Of a DNA stretch of 64,000 bases, positions 37,978-47,635 are shown piece after piece; position 1 is the stretch's first letter; the number at the start of each line of letters is the position of its first letter. Below the pieces are notes generated by a model. It worked only from the letters and a program-made list of their open reading frames with translations. It made no database searches and was not told the origin of the DNA. Source of the DNA: Alphaproteobacteria bacterium (GTDB taxonomy: Bacteria > Pseudomonadota > Alphaproteobacteria > UBA7887); assembly GCA_965216755.1 (NCBI GenBank), contig CBDCGL010000011.1:576001-640000 (forward strand), read 5' to 3'. The translations under genes were made by a program, and so were the position numbers.

Positions 37978-39039
37978 ATGGGCAAGTTCGTGTGTGGCAA
38001 AGCCGCCATGGCGGTTGTCGCGGTGGGAATTGTCGTAGGGTTGAGCGGCGGCGGGCGTGCCGCCGACAAAATCGTTATCTCAAACTGGGACGGCTACATG
38101 CCGGCCGACATGCTGGAAACTTTCACGGCGGAAACGGGGATTGAAGCGGAACTCTCAGTTCACGGCACCAATGAGGAGATCATGGGCAAGGTGGTCGCCG
38201 GGGGCGGTGTCGGCTATGACGTACTCTTTGTGTCGTCTCCGTTTGCCGAAGCGCTCAACGCATTGGGCCTGGTCGCGGAAATCGACCACAATCAAGTCCC
38301 AAATATGACCAACTTGTACCCAGAGGCCATGGCGCTGGAGTACGATCCCGGCAACACATTCTCGGTCCCCTATGCTTGGGGCACGACGGGCTTGTGCTAT
38401 CGCAGCGATATGGTTTCCGGAACGCCCGCCAGTTGGAACGACCTTTTGCAGCCGTCAGAGGATCTGAGTGGTAAGATCACCATGCTGTCCACCGACCGCT
38501 GGCTGCTGGGCGCGGCGTTTCTGTCGCTGGGTTACTCCGTTAATACAACCGACGACGATGAAATCGCGGCTGCGAGGGATTTGTTGATTTCAGCCAAGCA
38601 AGAGCTCTTGTCTTATGACGACACGACTTTCTACGCGAAGCTCGTTTCGGGCGAGGCATCGTTGGTGCATGCGTGGGACGGCTGGTGCAACTACGGCATC
38701 GCCGAAAACGCAGACATCAAATACGTGATCCCTTCTGAGGGCACGGACTTGTGGGTCGATACTATGGTTGTCGCGGCGGCGTCTGAAAACAAGGAGGCCG
38801 CACACGCGTTCATAGATTTCGTCTTGCGCGCGGACAATGGGGCGTGGGTACCATCCAACATCCTTTACAAAGTACCCAACAAAGCGGCCATGAATGCGTT
38901 GGACCCGGCTCTGGTTGAGCAATATCCAAACCTCGGCATGACGCCGGACGAGTTGATGACTCAAGAGCAACTACGCGACGTCGGCGCGACCCAAAAAGCC
39001 TATACCAAAACTGTTACCGAAGTTTTGGCATCGAACTGA
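37978..39039 (+). CDS. Polyamine-type ABC transporter substrate-binding protein (PotD/PotF-like)
   Basis: Signal peptide, NWDGYMP, VPYAWGTTG, YVIPSEG..LWVD and AHAFIDF. Confidence 0.9.
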   Translation: MGKFVCGKAAMAVVAVGIVVGLSGGGRAADKIVISNWDGYMPADMLETFTAETGIEAELSVHGTNEEIMGKVVAGGGVGYDVLFVSSPFAEALNALGLVAEIDHNQVPNMTNLYPEAMALEYDPGNTFSVPYAWGTTGLCYRSDMVSGTPASWNDLLQPSEDLSGKITMLSTDRWLLGAAFLSLGYSVNTTDDDEIAAARDLLISAKQELLSYDDTTFYAKLVSGEASLVHAWDGWCNYGIAENADIKYVIPSEGTDLWVDTMVVAAASENKEAAHAFIDFVLRADNGAWVPSNILYKVPNKAAMNALDPALVEQYPNLGMTPDELMTQEQLRDVGATQKAYTKTVTEVLASN

Positions 39040-39105
39040 GACGGCGCCGCGCGCGTGTGGTAACGGCTCGTTGATGGAAAGGCGCATCAGATAACGCGGG
39101 CGAAT

Positions 39106-39954
39106 TTGCGTGATCTGGTCTTGTTGGGACCGGGGCTGGGATGGCTGGCCCTGTTCCTGATCGTGCCATGCGGCATAGTCTTCTTTTATGCTTTCTTTGA
39201 ACGCGGCGTTTATGGCGGTATCGACTACGTTTTTACGTTTGGTAATTTTGTCCGGGCGGTCGATCCGATCTACTTGTCGATATTATTGAGTTCAGCAAGA
39301 ATTGCTGGGATAGCGACGTTGGTCGCCTTACTGATCGGTTATCCAACAGCGTACGCGATTTCCAGGGCGCCGGAAGGACGTCAAACTGGCTATTTGGTGC
39401 TGGTCATGCTCCCGTTTTGGAGCAACTATCTCATACGAACCTATGCCTGGATTGTGCTTCTCAATCGTGAAGGGCTGGTCAATCGTGGCTTGGCCGGTCT
39501 GGGTATTGTCGATGAGCCACTGCCGTTACTTTACAATGAGTTCGCCGTTGTGACGGGGCTTGTCTACAATTATCTGCCCTTTGTTGTGTTGGCTATCTAT
39601 GCGTCGATTTCGCGGCTAAATCGAGAGGTACTGGAAGCATCCGAAGATCTCGGGGCGCCTTCATTCATGACCTTTTGTCGCGTTATGTTGCCGTTGACCC
39701 TGCCGGGCGTGGCTGCCGGCGCCGTGTTTGTGTTCGTCTTGTCAATCGGCAACTTCATTACGCCGGATTTACTGGGCGGCGGTCGGCTGCAGATGGTCGG
39801 CAACCTAATCTACGACCAATTTCTTACTGCGCGCGATTGGCCGTTTGGTGCCACGCTCAGTTTCATTCTGATCGGTATCATGATGATGTTACTTTTTGCG
39901 CAGGCCGTATTGGTACGCCGCGCGCAGGGCGATCGGGCCCCGGCCGATGCGTGA
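39106..39954 (+). CDS. Polyamine-type ABC transporter permease (PotB-like)
   Basis: LPFWSNYLIRTYAW and the LEASEDLGA EAA loop. Start uncertain. Confidence 0.9.
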   Translation: MRDLVLLGPGLGWLALFLIVPCGIVFFYAFFERGVYGGIDYVFTFGNFVRAVDPIYLSILLSSARIAGIATLVALLIGYPTAYAISRAPEGRQTGYLVLVMLPFWSNYLIRTYAWIVLLNREGLVNRGLAGLGIVDEPLPLLYNEFAVVTGLVYNYLPFVVLAIYASISRLNREVLEASEDLGAPSFMTFCRVMLPLTLPGVAAGAVFVFVLSIGNFITPDLLGGGRLQMVGNLIYDQFLTARDWPFGATLSFILIGIMMMLLFAQAVLVRRAQGDRAPADA

Positions 39955-40735
39955 TGCCATGGTATTGCGGCTGTGGTTAGGCGCGCATATGGGCCTTGTC
40001 TACGCGTTTCTCTACATTCCAATTGGCGTTTTAATGGTACTGAGTTTCAACGAGTCCGGACTGCCGACCGCTTGGACCGGGTTCTCGTTTCATTGGTATG
40101 TGGCGCTGACTGAAAATACCGCTGTTCTCAAGGCCACGCTTAATACGGTAATCGTTGCCACCGCGTCGACAATCTTGTCGACTGCGTTGGGCACTTTGTT
40201 GGCGATTGGTGTGGAAATCCGTCGACGCGGGTCGGGATTGGAGGCGGTTCTTTTCGCGCCGATGATCATTCCTGATATCGTGTTGGCTATCGCCCTGTTA
40301 TCCTTTTACACATTGTTGAATGTGACGTTGGGACTGCATTCGATCATTCTAAGTCATGTCGTGTTCAACATTGCATTTGTCTGCGCGGTCGTGCGAACGC
40401 GACTGCGACATTTTGATTGGTCGATTGTTGAGGCATCCATCGATCTTGGCGCCAGCGAATTCCGAACGTTTTTCCGCGTCACTCTACCGATGATTTTTCC
40501 CGGTGTACTTGCCGGGGCCTTGCTGGCTTTCACATTGTCTGTCGACGAATTTATTATCGCGTTTTTTACTGCCGGTGCCGGCCAGGATTCCACGACCTTG
40601 CCAATGCAGATTTATGCAATGATTCGATTTGGTGTGACTCCAGAGATTAATGCCATGGCGACGATCGTCATGGCGGTAAGTTTCACTTTGGTGCTGATGG
40701 CTCAAAGTCTGCATCGGGACACGTTGAGCGGATGA
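39947..40735 (+). CDS. Polyamine-type ABC transporter permease (PotC-like)
   Basis: FLYIPI, EASIDLGA, AFTLSVDEF and GVTPEINA. Confidence 0.9.
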   Translation: MRDAMVLRLWLGAHMGLVYAFLYIPIGVLMVLSFNESGLPTAWTGFSFHWYVALTENTAVLKATLNTVIVATASTILSTALGTLLAIGVEIRRRGSGLEAVLFAPMIIPDIVLAIALLSFYTLLNVTLGLHSIILSHVVFNIAFVCAVVRTRLRHFDWSIVEASIDLGASEFRTFFRVTLPMIFPGVLAGALLAFTLSVDEFIIAFFTAGAGQDSTTLPMQIYAMIRFGVTPEINAMATIVMAVSFTLVLMAQSLHRDTLSG

Positions 40736-41808
40736 CCGCCAAGGCGATCATCACCGTGCACAATGTCACGAAGTGCTTTGGCTCCGTGACGGCCGTCGAG
40801 TCGGTGAATTTGGATGTGCGTGAGAATGAGTTTTTCGCGTTGCTGGGACCCAGTGGTTGCGGCAAGACCACTTTGTTGCGCGTCATCGCTGGGTTTGAAA
40901 GGCCGGATACCGGACGCATTTTGTTGGACGATTGGGATGTCACAGCGGTGCGCCCGAACAAGCGACCGATAAACTTGATGTTCCAGTCCTATGCACTGTT
41001 TCCACATATGTCCGTCGAGAGGAACATCGCCTATGGCCTGGAGATGGAGGGCAAGGCCAAGGGCGAAATCGCGGCGCGCGTGGCGGCAATGATGGACATG
41101 ACGAAATTGGCGGCGCTGGCGGGACGCAAGCCGGATCAGCTGTCGGGCGGCCAACGGCAACGCGTTGCCCTGGCGCGCGCGTTGGTCAAAAGGCCTCGGG
41201 TGCTGCTGCTCGATGAGCCGCTCGGCGCACTCGACAAGAAGTTGCGTGAAGAAATGGAACTTGAACTCAAGCGCATGCAGGATGAGATCGGGATTACATT
41301 CATTGTTGTGACGCACGACCAGGATGAAGCGTTGGTCATGGCGGATCGAATCGCGGTGATGCATGATGGTCGCGTTGTTCAAGTCGGTACGCCGCATGAT
41401 CTTTACGAGGCGCCGACAACACGGTTCGTCGCATCATTTATCGGACGCATGAATTTCTTTGACGGCACATTGGCGGACGAGGGCGTGCTTGTTGACGGGC
41501 ATGGTGTCTTGCGCGGGCATGTCGGTGCCAAGGCGAAGCGCGGCGGGCGCGCGACCTTGGCGGTACGCCCGGAACGTGTCGCCGTCGGCCGTGATCGGGG
41601 TGACATGGCGCACAATGCAGTGGCCGGAACAATTGCAGACGTTGCCTATCACGGTCAGGATATCGTGGTGCACGCAGCCGTGGACGGAACGGAGACCGTG
41701 TTGATGGCGCGGCTGCCGGTGCGTGGATTGGCGGACGAACCTTGGCACACAGGTGATCGTATTTGGTGTCTTTGGGACCCCGCCGATTCTCGCGTGCTGA
41801 CTGATTGA
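40732..41808 (+). CDS. Polyamine-type ABC transporter ATP-binding protein (PotA-like)
   Basis: GPSGCGKTT, FQSYALFPHM, LSGGQ and LLLDEPLGALD. Confidence 0.93.
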   Translation: MTAKAIITVHNVTKCFGSVTAVESVNLDVRENEFFALLGPSGCGKTTLLRVIAGFERPDTGRILLDDWDVTAVRPNKRPINLMFQSYALFPHMSVERNIAYGLEMEGKAKGEIAARVAAMMDMTKLAALAGRKPDQLSGGQRQRVALARALVKRPRVLLLDEPLGALDKKLREEMELELKRMQDEIGITFIVVTHDQDEALVMADRIAVMHDGRVVQVGTPHDLYEAPTTRFVASFIGRMNFFDGTLADEGVLVDGHGVLRGHVGAKAKRGGRATLAVRPERVAVGRDRGDMAHNAVAGTIADVAYHGQDIVVHAAVDGTETVLMARLPVRGLADEPWHTGDRIWCLWDPADSRVLTD

Positions 41809-41861
41809 TCAAGGCTGCGGGGAAACGCCAGAATAGAATTCCGAGATGGGGATAGGGTGGA

Positions 41862-43151
41862 ATGAACGACAAAAAGATCATCGCATTTTTTCCGGAAGCG
41901 GCCTTTGGACCAGCATTAAACTCTGTCGGGATCGCACAGGCATGCGAGAAACGCGGCCATAAGGCGGTGTTTCTCACCGATCCAGGCATGGCCGGCGTTT
42001 ATGCCGGCTATGGCTTCGAGGAACACATGGTCAACATGTCGGAACCCATGGATCCGGAGGCGATGGCCAAATATTGGTCCGACTTTATCAATGGCCATAT
42101 TCCTAATTTCAATAAGTCACCGTATGATCAGATTGACAATTATGTGAAGGAATGTTGGGAAGCGATCGTCGATACGGCCCTTTGGGCCGAGAAAGATTTG
42201 CCGGCTGTGTTGGCGCGTGTGAAGCCGCATATTGTTTGTGTCGATAACGTGATTTTGTTTCCGGCCATTAAACGCTATAGCCGCGAAAATAAAGTGCCTT
42301 GGGTGCGGATTATTTCATGCTCGGAGAACGAAATCGTTGATCCAGACATTCCGCCACATCTGTCGGGCTGCGGCGTGGAAGACAAATCATGCTTTGAACG
42401 ATTTGAACGAAAGTTCAATGAAGTCATTAAACCAAGCCACGATGCCTTTAACGCGTTTCTCAAGGAATGTGATGAGGACCCGTATCCGATCGGGCAGTTC
42501 TTTGAAGCATCACCTTATTTGAACCTTCTACTTTACCCGGAACCGGTAAAATTCCAAAGGCGAACGCCGCTCGATCCGAAGCAATTCCAGTATTTGGAAG
42601 GCTGCGTACGCGACGAAGCGGACTATCAGATTCCGGATTTCGGATCCTATAATGACAAGCCGTTGCTCTATGTCAGCTTCGGCAGTTTGGGATCGGGCGA
42701 CACGGATCTGCTGAAGCGTCTGATCGCGGCAGTTGGTGCCATGCCGCTGCGCGCATTGGTCAATGTTGGCGACTACAAAGACGCCTACGACTCGCTTCCG
42801 GCGAACATTGTTATTGACAGTTGGTTTCCGCAGCCCTCGTTGATCCGCCAAGTTGATGGGGTTATCCACCACGGCGGCAACAACAGCTTTAACGAGTGCC
42901 TCTATTTCGGCAAGCCGGCAATCATCATGCCGTATGTTTGGGATGGTCACGACAACGCCACACGCGTTCAGGAAACAGGCCACGGATTTCATATGCACCG
43001 GGCGGATTGGACCGATGACGCATTGGCCGCGAAAATCGATGCTATGCTGAATGATACATCCATGCGCGCCAAACTGGCGGAGACTTCGGCGCATATGCAA
43101 AGTCGCCACGGGCCAACCAAGGCAGCCGATCTACTCACGGCACTCTTGTGA
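41862..43151 (+). CDS. GT-B fold, GT1/MGT-like glycosyltransferase
   Basis: YVSFGSLG and the UDPGT-like signature WFPQ...HHGGNNSFNECLYFGKPAIIMPYVWDGHDNA. Confidence 0.88.
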   Translation: MNDKKIIAFFPEAAFGPALNSVGIAQACEKRGHKAVFLTDPGMAGVYAGYGFEEHMVNMSEPMDPEAMAKYWSDFINGHIPNFNKSPYDQIDNYVKECWEAIVDTALWAEKDLPAVLARVKPHIVCVDNVILFPAIKRYSRENKVPWVRIISCSENEIVDPDIPPHLSGCGVEDKSCFERFERKFNEVIKPSHDAFNAFLKECDEDPYPIGQFFEASPYLNLLLYPEPVKFQRRTPLDPKQFQYLEGCVRDEADYQIPDFGSYNDKPLLYVSFGSLGSGDTDLLKRLIAAVGAMPLRALVNVGDYKDAYDSLPANIVIDSWFPQPSLIRQVDGVIHHGGNNSFNECLYFGKPAIIMPYVWDGHDNATRVQETGHGFHMHRADWTDDALAAKIDAMLNDTSMRAKLAETSAHMQSRHGPTKAADLLTALL

Positions 43152-43504
43152 ACCCGGGAATGCGGACAGCTTTGTTGCAGAGCCCCGACACCACGACCGA
43201 TTTGGTCGACTGGGGCGTGATTCCGACAATGATCGAAGGCGAATCGCGGACGTCGGGCAAGCTGCTGTTCAAGGACGATTCCGGATCGGGCGAAGCCGGG
43301 TTGTGGGTGTGCACGCCCGGATATTGGGCGTGCGAGGTAACGCACGATGAGTTTTGTCACTTTTTGCAGGGCAGTTGTACCTACACGCACGAATTGGGCG
43401 AGGTGCTCGAAATCACACCAAACACAAGCGCCTTTTTTCCAGCCGGATGGAAGGGCACGTGCCGCGTCCACGAGACCGTGCGAAAGGTCTACATGATTCG
43501 GTAA
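43148..43504 (+). CDS. Cupin (EutQ/DUF861-like)
   Basis: GLWVCTPG, DEFCHFLQG and FFPAGWKG...VRKVY. Overlaps the GT stop. Confidence 0.88.
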   Translation: MNPGMRTALLQSPDTTTDLVDWGVIPTMIEGESRTSGKLLFKDDSGSGEAGLWVCTPGYWACEVTHDEFCHFLQGSCTYTHELGEVLEITPNTSAFFPAGWKGTCRVHETVRKVYMIR

Positions 43505-43507
43505 GCC

Positions 43508-45022
43508 ATGGCTGTTTTTGATCCGCAAACGCCACAGATTTATGTTGATGGCGATTATTTGCCACTGGATGGGGTCGAGCCTCTCGATATTGTCGATCCG
43601 GCGAGCTTGAATGTTGTTGGTCGTTCGGCCCATTGCCCCGCCGATTACTTGGCTACCGTGATCGAGAGCGCCAATGCGGCCCAAATGAAATGGCGACAGA
43701 CCGATACCAAGACTCGCGCCGCATGCTTGCATCGCGTCGCCGACGCAATCGAAAAGTCGAGTTTCCATGACGTGGCCTTGCTCATGGTACGTGAGATGGG
43801 AAAGCCCTATCCGGAAGCCGTCGGCGAATTGGCCAATGTCGCGCCGGTGTTCCGTTATTTTGCCGAAATGGCCCGCGATCAGGCGGGCAAGATCGCCGGG
43901 ACAACGCAGCCCGGGTCATTCCAATATACTCGCGACGAGCCCTATGGTGTCAGCGTCCATATCGTACCATTTAATTTCCCCATTCTGCTCATGTGCTGGA
44001 CTGTGGCGGCGTCTCTTGCGGCGGGGAATGCGTGCATTGTTAAGCCGTCCGAGGCGACATCTTTGTGTACGCTCCGGTTTATGGCCCATTTCAATGAACT
44101 GGCACCTGGTTTGGTGAATTGCGTCGTGGGTGGTGCGTCAACCGCGCAGGCGTTGATCGAGAATGCGGGAACGCACATTGTTGCCTTTACCGGCGGAGTT
44201 GACGCTGGGCGCAAAGTGAACATGGCTTGTGCGCGTTTGATGAAGCCAGCGGTGATCGAAGCTGGCGGCAACGATGCCATGATCATCAGCGAGTCGGCGC
44301 CGTTGGATGTCGCGGTGCCGGGCGCCGTCACGGCGGCGTTTCACTTGTCCGGCCAAGTTTGCACGTCGACCGAGCGCCTTTTCGTGCACGATACAATACA
44401 TGACACTTTTGTCGCGCGTTTTGTCGCGGCCACGCGAGCGTTGCGCATCGGTCCCGGTTTGTCGAAAGCAGAGGTGGGGCCCCTGGTGAGCCGGGCCGCA
44501 CGCGAGAAGGTGATTGATCTGGTCGAAGGCGCAATTGCAGAAGGCGCGACGCTGGCCTGTGGCGGCGGTGTGCCGTCGCAACATAACACCGGCTGGTATT
44601 TTGAACCGACTGTACTCATCGATGCCCGCCCGGACATGACGATAATGCAGAACGAGATGTTCGGACCGGTCGTTGCCGTTTGCCGGATCAGTTCATTTGA
44701 AGAGGCGCTCCGCCTTGCCAATCAATCTCGTTATGGTCTCGGAGCATCAATTTTCACTTCCGACATGGCGGAAGCCCAGCGCGCCTCTGAAATGCTTGAG
44801 GCGGGCATGGTCTGGATCAACAATCCATTGATTGACAATGATGCGCTGCCGTTCGGAGGATGGAAGTTATCGGGTATCGGCCGCGAGCTCGGGCGCCACG
44901 GGTTGGACGCCTTTCGCCAAACGAAAATGGTGGTTACGGATGCTGTCCCAACCGTGCAAGAGTGGTGGTATCCCTATCCAGACGACTGGTTTTATGATGG
45001 CGCTGGCCGTAAATTTGACTGA
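43508..45022 (+). CDS. NAD(P)-dependent aldehyde dehydrogenase
   Basis: PFNFP, VKPSE, FTGG, EAGGND (Glu), GQVCTS (Cys), EMFGPV and PFGGWK. Confidence 0.93.
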   Translation: MAVFDPQTPQIYVDGDYLPLDGVEPLDIVDPASLNVVGRSAHCPADYLATVIESANAAQMKWRQTDTKTRAACLHRVADAIEKSSFHDVALLMVREMGKPYPEAVGELANVAPVFRYFAEMARDQAGKIAGTTQPGSFQYTRDEPYGVSVHIVPFNFPILLMCWTVAASLAAGNACIVKPSEATSLCTLRFMAHFNELAPGLVNCVVGGASTAQALIENAGTHIVAFTGGVDAGRKVNMACARLMKPAVIEAGGNDAMIISESAPLDVAVPGAVTAAFHLSGQVCTSTERLFVHDTIHDTFVARFVAATRALRIGPGLSKAEVGPLVSRAAREKVIDLVEGAIAEGATLACGGGVPSQHNTGWYFEPTVLIDARPDMTIMQNEMFGPVVAVCRISSFEEALRLANQSRYGLGASIFTSDMAEAQRASEMLEAGMVWINNPLIDNDALPFGGWKLSGIGRELGRHGLDAFRQTKMVVTDAVPTVQEWWYPYPDDWFYDGAGRKFD

Positions 45023-45024
45023 CG

Positions 45025-45948
45025 CTACAGATACGTACAATCACGGCAAGCCGGAACACAAAGGCGCGTCTTCGCATCGGCGCGAATGGCGCGTTGGGTC
45101 GGCGCGTTAAATATATCCAACAAGTTCTCATCGGCGACATTGCCGATTGGCCATTCGCCCCGGCCGTCCATGCAGCACATGGTCACCGCGCCTGTCGCCA
45201 TGATGGACAAGTCGAACCAACGGCGGCACGGTAAATCGGGTGCCTCGGCAAGCATGGCGCGTTCATCCACTTGTCCTTTCCAGTCTTTCCGCATGCTAAG
45301 CGTTGTCGTGAATGCTGGAAACATGTTGCGGCCCCACTGCATGAACTCTTCGTCCGTCGGGCTCCCGTCCATGACACGATTGATTGTAACCTGGTGCGGA
45401 AATGTACCCTCCGCCGTGAGTCGGTGCAGGAGTCGCAATCGGTCAACCGTCCGGTCGAAGGGCATGTGCATAAGTGTTTCATAGGGTTCCCGCCTGTGGT
45501 CGTTGAGTGAAATGACCAACGAGGTCACGTTCTCAATCGTGGCGAGGCGCCGCAAGACTGGCTCTGTAAATGCGGAGCCGTTCGAAAATAATGATAGTTG
45601 GGCATTCGGCAGCCGCACATTGACTTGGTGAAGAACCTCTACAAGTCGTTTGTCGAGAAATGGTTCGTTGACTTTGTATGGCGCTAGGGTGAAGGGGACT
45701 GATTGAGGAATGGCACTGAGATCGTCGATGATCTTCTCGATCAGTGCATCTGACATGCGTATTCCCTTGCGATCCAACGTCGGATACGGACAGAAATTGC
45801 ATGCGGCGTTGCAGACAGCCAGCGTCTCAAGATGCACGTGGCGCGGCCAGTCAATGTAAGACGATTCGCGATATGCTCTTACATCGGAGACGATGCTCCG
45901 AATGTGCTCCAAAATCCAAGCGCCGTCCATCGGCCGAAACCACGTCAA
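45025..45948 (-). CDS. Radical SAM protein with SPASM/twitch domain
   Basis: CNAACNFC and C-terminal PC...GAVTMCCMD...IGNV...C..ACRDC. Start may be 45930. Confidence 0.88.
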   Translation of the reverse strand: MTWFRPMDGAWILEHIRSIVSDVRAYRESSYIDWPRHVHLETLAVCNAACNFCPYPTLDRKGIRMSDALIEKIIDDLSAIPQSVPFTLAPYKVNEPFLDKRLVEVLHQVNVRLPNAQLSLFSNGSAFTEPVLRRLATIENVTSLVISLNDHRREPYETLMHMPFDRTVDRLRLLHRLTAEGTFPHQVTINRVMDGSPTDEEFMQWGRNMFPAFTTTLSMRKDWKGQVDERAMLAEAPDLPCRRWFDLSIMATGAVTMCCMDGRGEWPIGNVADENLLDIFNAPTQRAIRADAKTRLCVPACRDCTYL

Positions 45949-46024
45949 ATTGTTGGGGTTCTAGCCTCGGATGATAGTCTTTCGAATTATTTAACCATAT
46001 CAAGCAATTGAAATATAAAAGGAA

Positions 46025-47242
46025 TCAGTCTTTTGCCTTGTTGTACGGCGAATAGTGGGCACCAACTGCGGTGATCTCGTAGTCGATTTCATCGCGCTCG
46101 CGTTCGAGATAGTCGGCGACCGCCCGGCGGAACCCTGTGTCGGCGATCCAATGCGCGCTGTAAGTCAGGCGTGGCAAATAACCACGATGGACCTTGTGTG
46201 GTCCCTGTGCGCCGGCTTCGACATGCTTCAGCCCGTGGTCAATAGCAAATTCTATAGCTTGGTAATAACACGCTTCAAAATGAAGACAATCGTGGTCCTC
46301 GATGCAGCCCCAATTTCGACCGTAAAGTGTATCTGTGCCGATAAAGTTGAGCGCGCCGGCAATATAGCGGCCACCGCGGCGGCACATCACAAGGGCAACC
46401 TTGTCAGCCATCTTGTCATGGATAATATCGAAAAAACTGCGGGTCAGGTAGGGTGATCCCCACTTGCGGCTCCCGGTATCCGTATAGAATCGGAAAAAGG
46501 CATCCCAATGTTCGGGCTTGAGATCGGAACCCGTCAAAACCTGTATGTCGATACCGGCGGCGACGGCGGTTGCGCGTTCTTTGCGGATCGTCTTGCGCCG
46601 GCGTGCCGTGAGCACGCGCAAGAAATCGTCGAAACGCTCATAGTTGTCATTATGCCAGTGGAATTGCTCACCGGTCCGCCGTAGAAAGCCGCACTCGCCC
46701 ATCAGCCGCCATTCATCTTCGGTCGGAAAAGTCACATGAAGCGACGAAACACCGAACCTCTCGCCCACTTGCACCGCCGCGTTGATCAATGCCAGCTGGT
46801 GACGTTCGCGAAGCGGGCCCGGGCGCGTCAATAGACGCGGGCCGGTGACCGGCGTAAACGGTACCGATGCCTGCAGTTTTGGATAGTAGCGGCCGCCGGC
46901 GCGTTCAAAGGCGTGTGCCCATGAATGGTCGAAGACATACTCGCCCTGAGAATGGTTTTTGAGATACAGCGGCAGGGCACCGAGCAGTTCGCCGTCGCTG
47001 TCTTCCAAGAGCACATGCTGGGGCAGCCAGCCGGTCTCGGCTGCGCAAGAACCGCTTTCTTCCAAGGCCAGAAGAAAGGCATGACTCAAAAATGGGTTGT
47101 CGCTGCCCGCACAGGCGTCCCAGGCGGCTTCCTGAACCTGGCCTAGGTCGTCAACCGTGCGCGCGGTCATCGCCTGGCGCTCATGTGACTCGACCGGCCT
47201 TGCGGGTTGCACGCGCGCGGCGTGGCGTCGCTCAGCGGTCAT
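46025..47242 (-). CDS. FemAB-like GNAT family protein (DUF482)
   Basis: NPFLSHAFL, HSQGEYVFDHSWA, YYPKLQ..VPFTPVTG, LHFEACYYQ and EAGAQG. Start may be 47170. Confidence 0.9.
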   Translation of the reverse strand: MTAERRHAARVQPARPVESHERQAMTARTVDDLGQVQEAAWDACAGSDNPFLSHAFLLALEESGSCAAETGWLPQHVLLEDSDGELLGALPLYLKNHSQGEYVFDHSWAHAFERAGGRYYPKLQASVPFTPVTGPRLLTRPGPLRERHQLALINAAVQVGERFGVSSLHVTFPTEDEWRLMGECGFLRRTGEQFHWHNDNYERFDDFLRVLTARRRKTIRKERATAVAAGIDIQVLTGSDLKPEHWDAFFRFYTDTGSRKWGSPYLTRSFFDIIHDKMADKVALVMCRRGGRYIAGALNFIGTDTLYGRNWGCIEDHDCLHFEACYYQAIEFAIDHGLKHVEAGAQGPHKVHRGYLPRLTYSAHWIADTGFRRAVADYLERERDEIDYEITAVGAHYSPYNKAKD

Positions 47243-47390
47243 GGGCCACCGCTGTTGCGGCTGCGCCGTGGCTTCGGGGGATACGCACAGCTAGAGCGGC
47301 GCCCGGCCCTGCGGGTTCGCGGCCCGGCGGGCGCCCCGCAATGGGAATCCATGTGGACGACCACATTGGTCGGCCGACTTGCCCGATGCG

Positions 47391-47467
47391 CTCGTGCGGT
47401 GGATCGGACGTTCGCTTGATCTCGCAGCGAGCACCAGAGCGAACGTCCGATCCGTGAACCGCACGAG
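47391..47467. repeat. Hairpin 1 of the CTAG element
   Basis: 10-bp stem (47391-400/47458-67), 3'-side bulge GTGA, perfect 16-bp stem (47401-16/47438-53), 21-nt loop. Confidence 0.9.
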
Positions 47468-47480
47468 ATCCAAATATTCG

Positions 47481-47557
47481 GCTCGTGTCCTGACGAAACC
47501 GAAGTTCGTAAGGTGCCTGGCGTCAGACGTGACGAACTTCGGTTTCGGGACACGAGC
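47481..47557. repeat. Hairpin 2 of the CTAG element
   Basis: 10-bp stem (47481-90/47548-57), 5'-side bulge TGA, perfect 16-bp stem (47494-509/47532-47), 22-nt loop. Confidence 0.9.
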
Positions 47558-47635
47558 ATCGCGCTGCGCTGCCCTTCGCGTGGATCGCCATGCCCGGCCG
47601 CGAACAGAATTGATTCAATATTATCGGACACTGCT

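Noticed and set aside
47490-47500. CTGACGA/GAAAC, resembling a hammerhead ribozyme core
   Set aside because: The two motifs overlap instead of flanking stem II, and they are buried in a perfect 16-bp helix.
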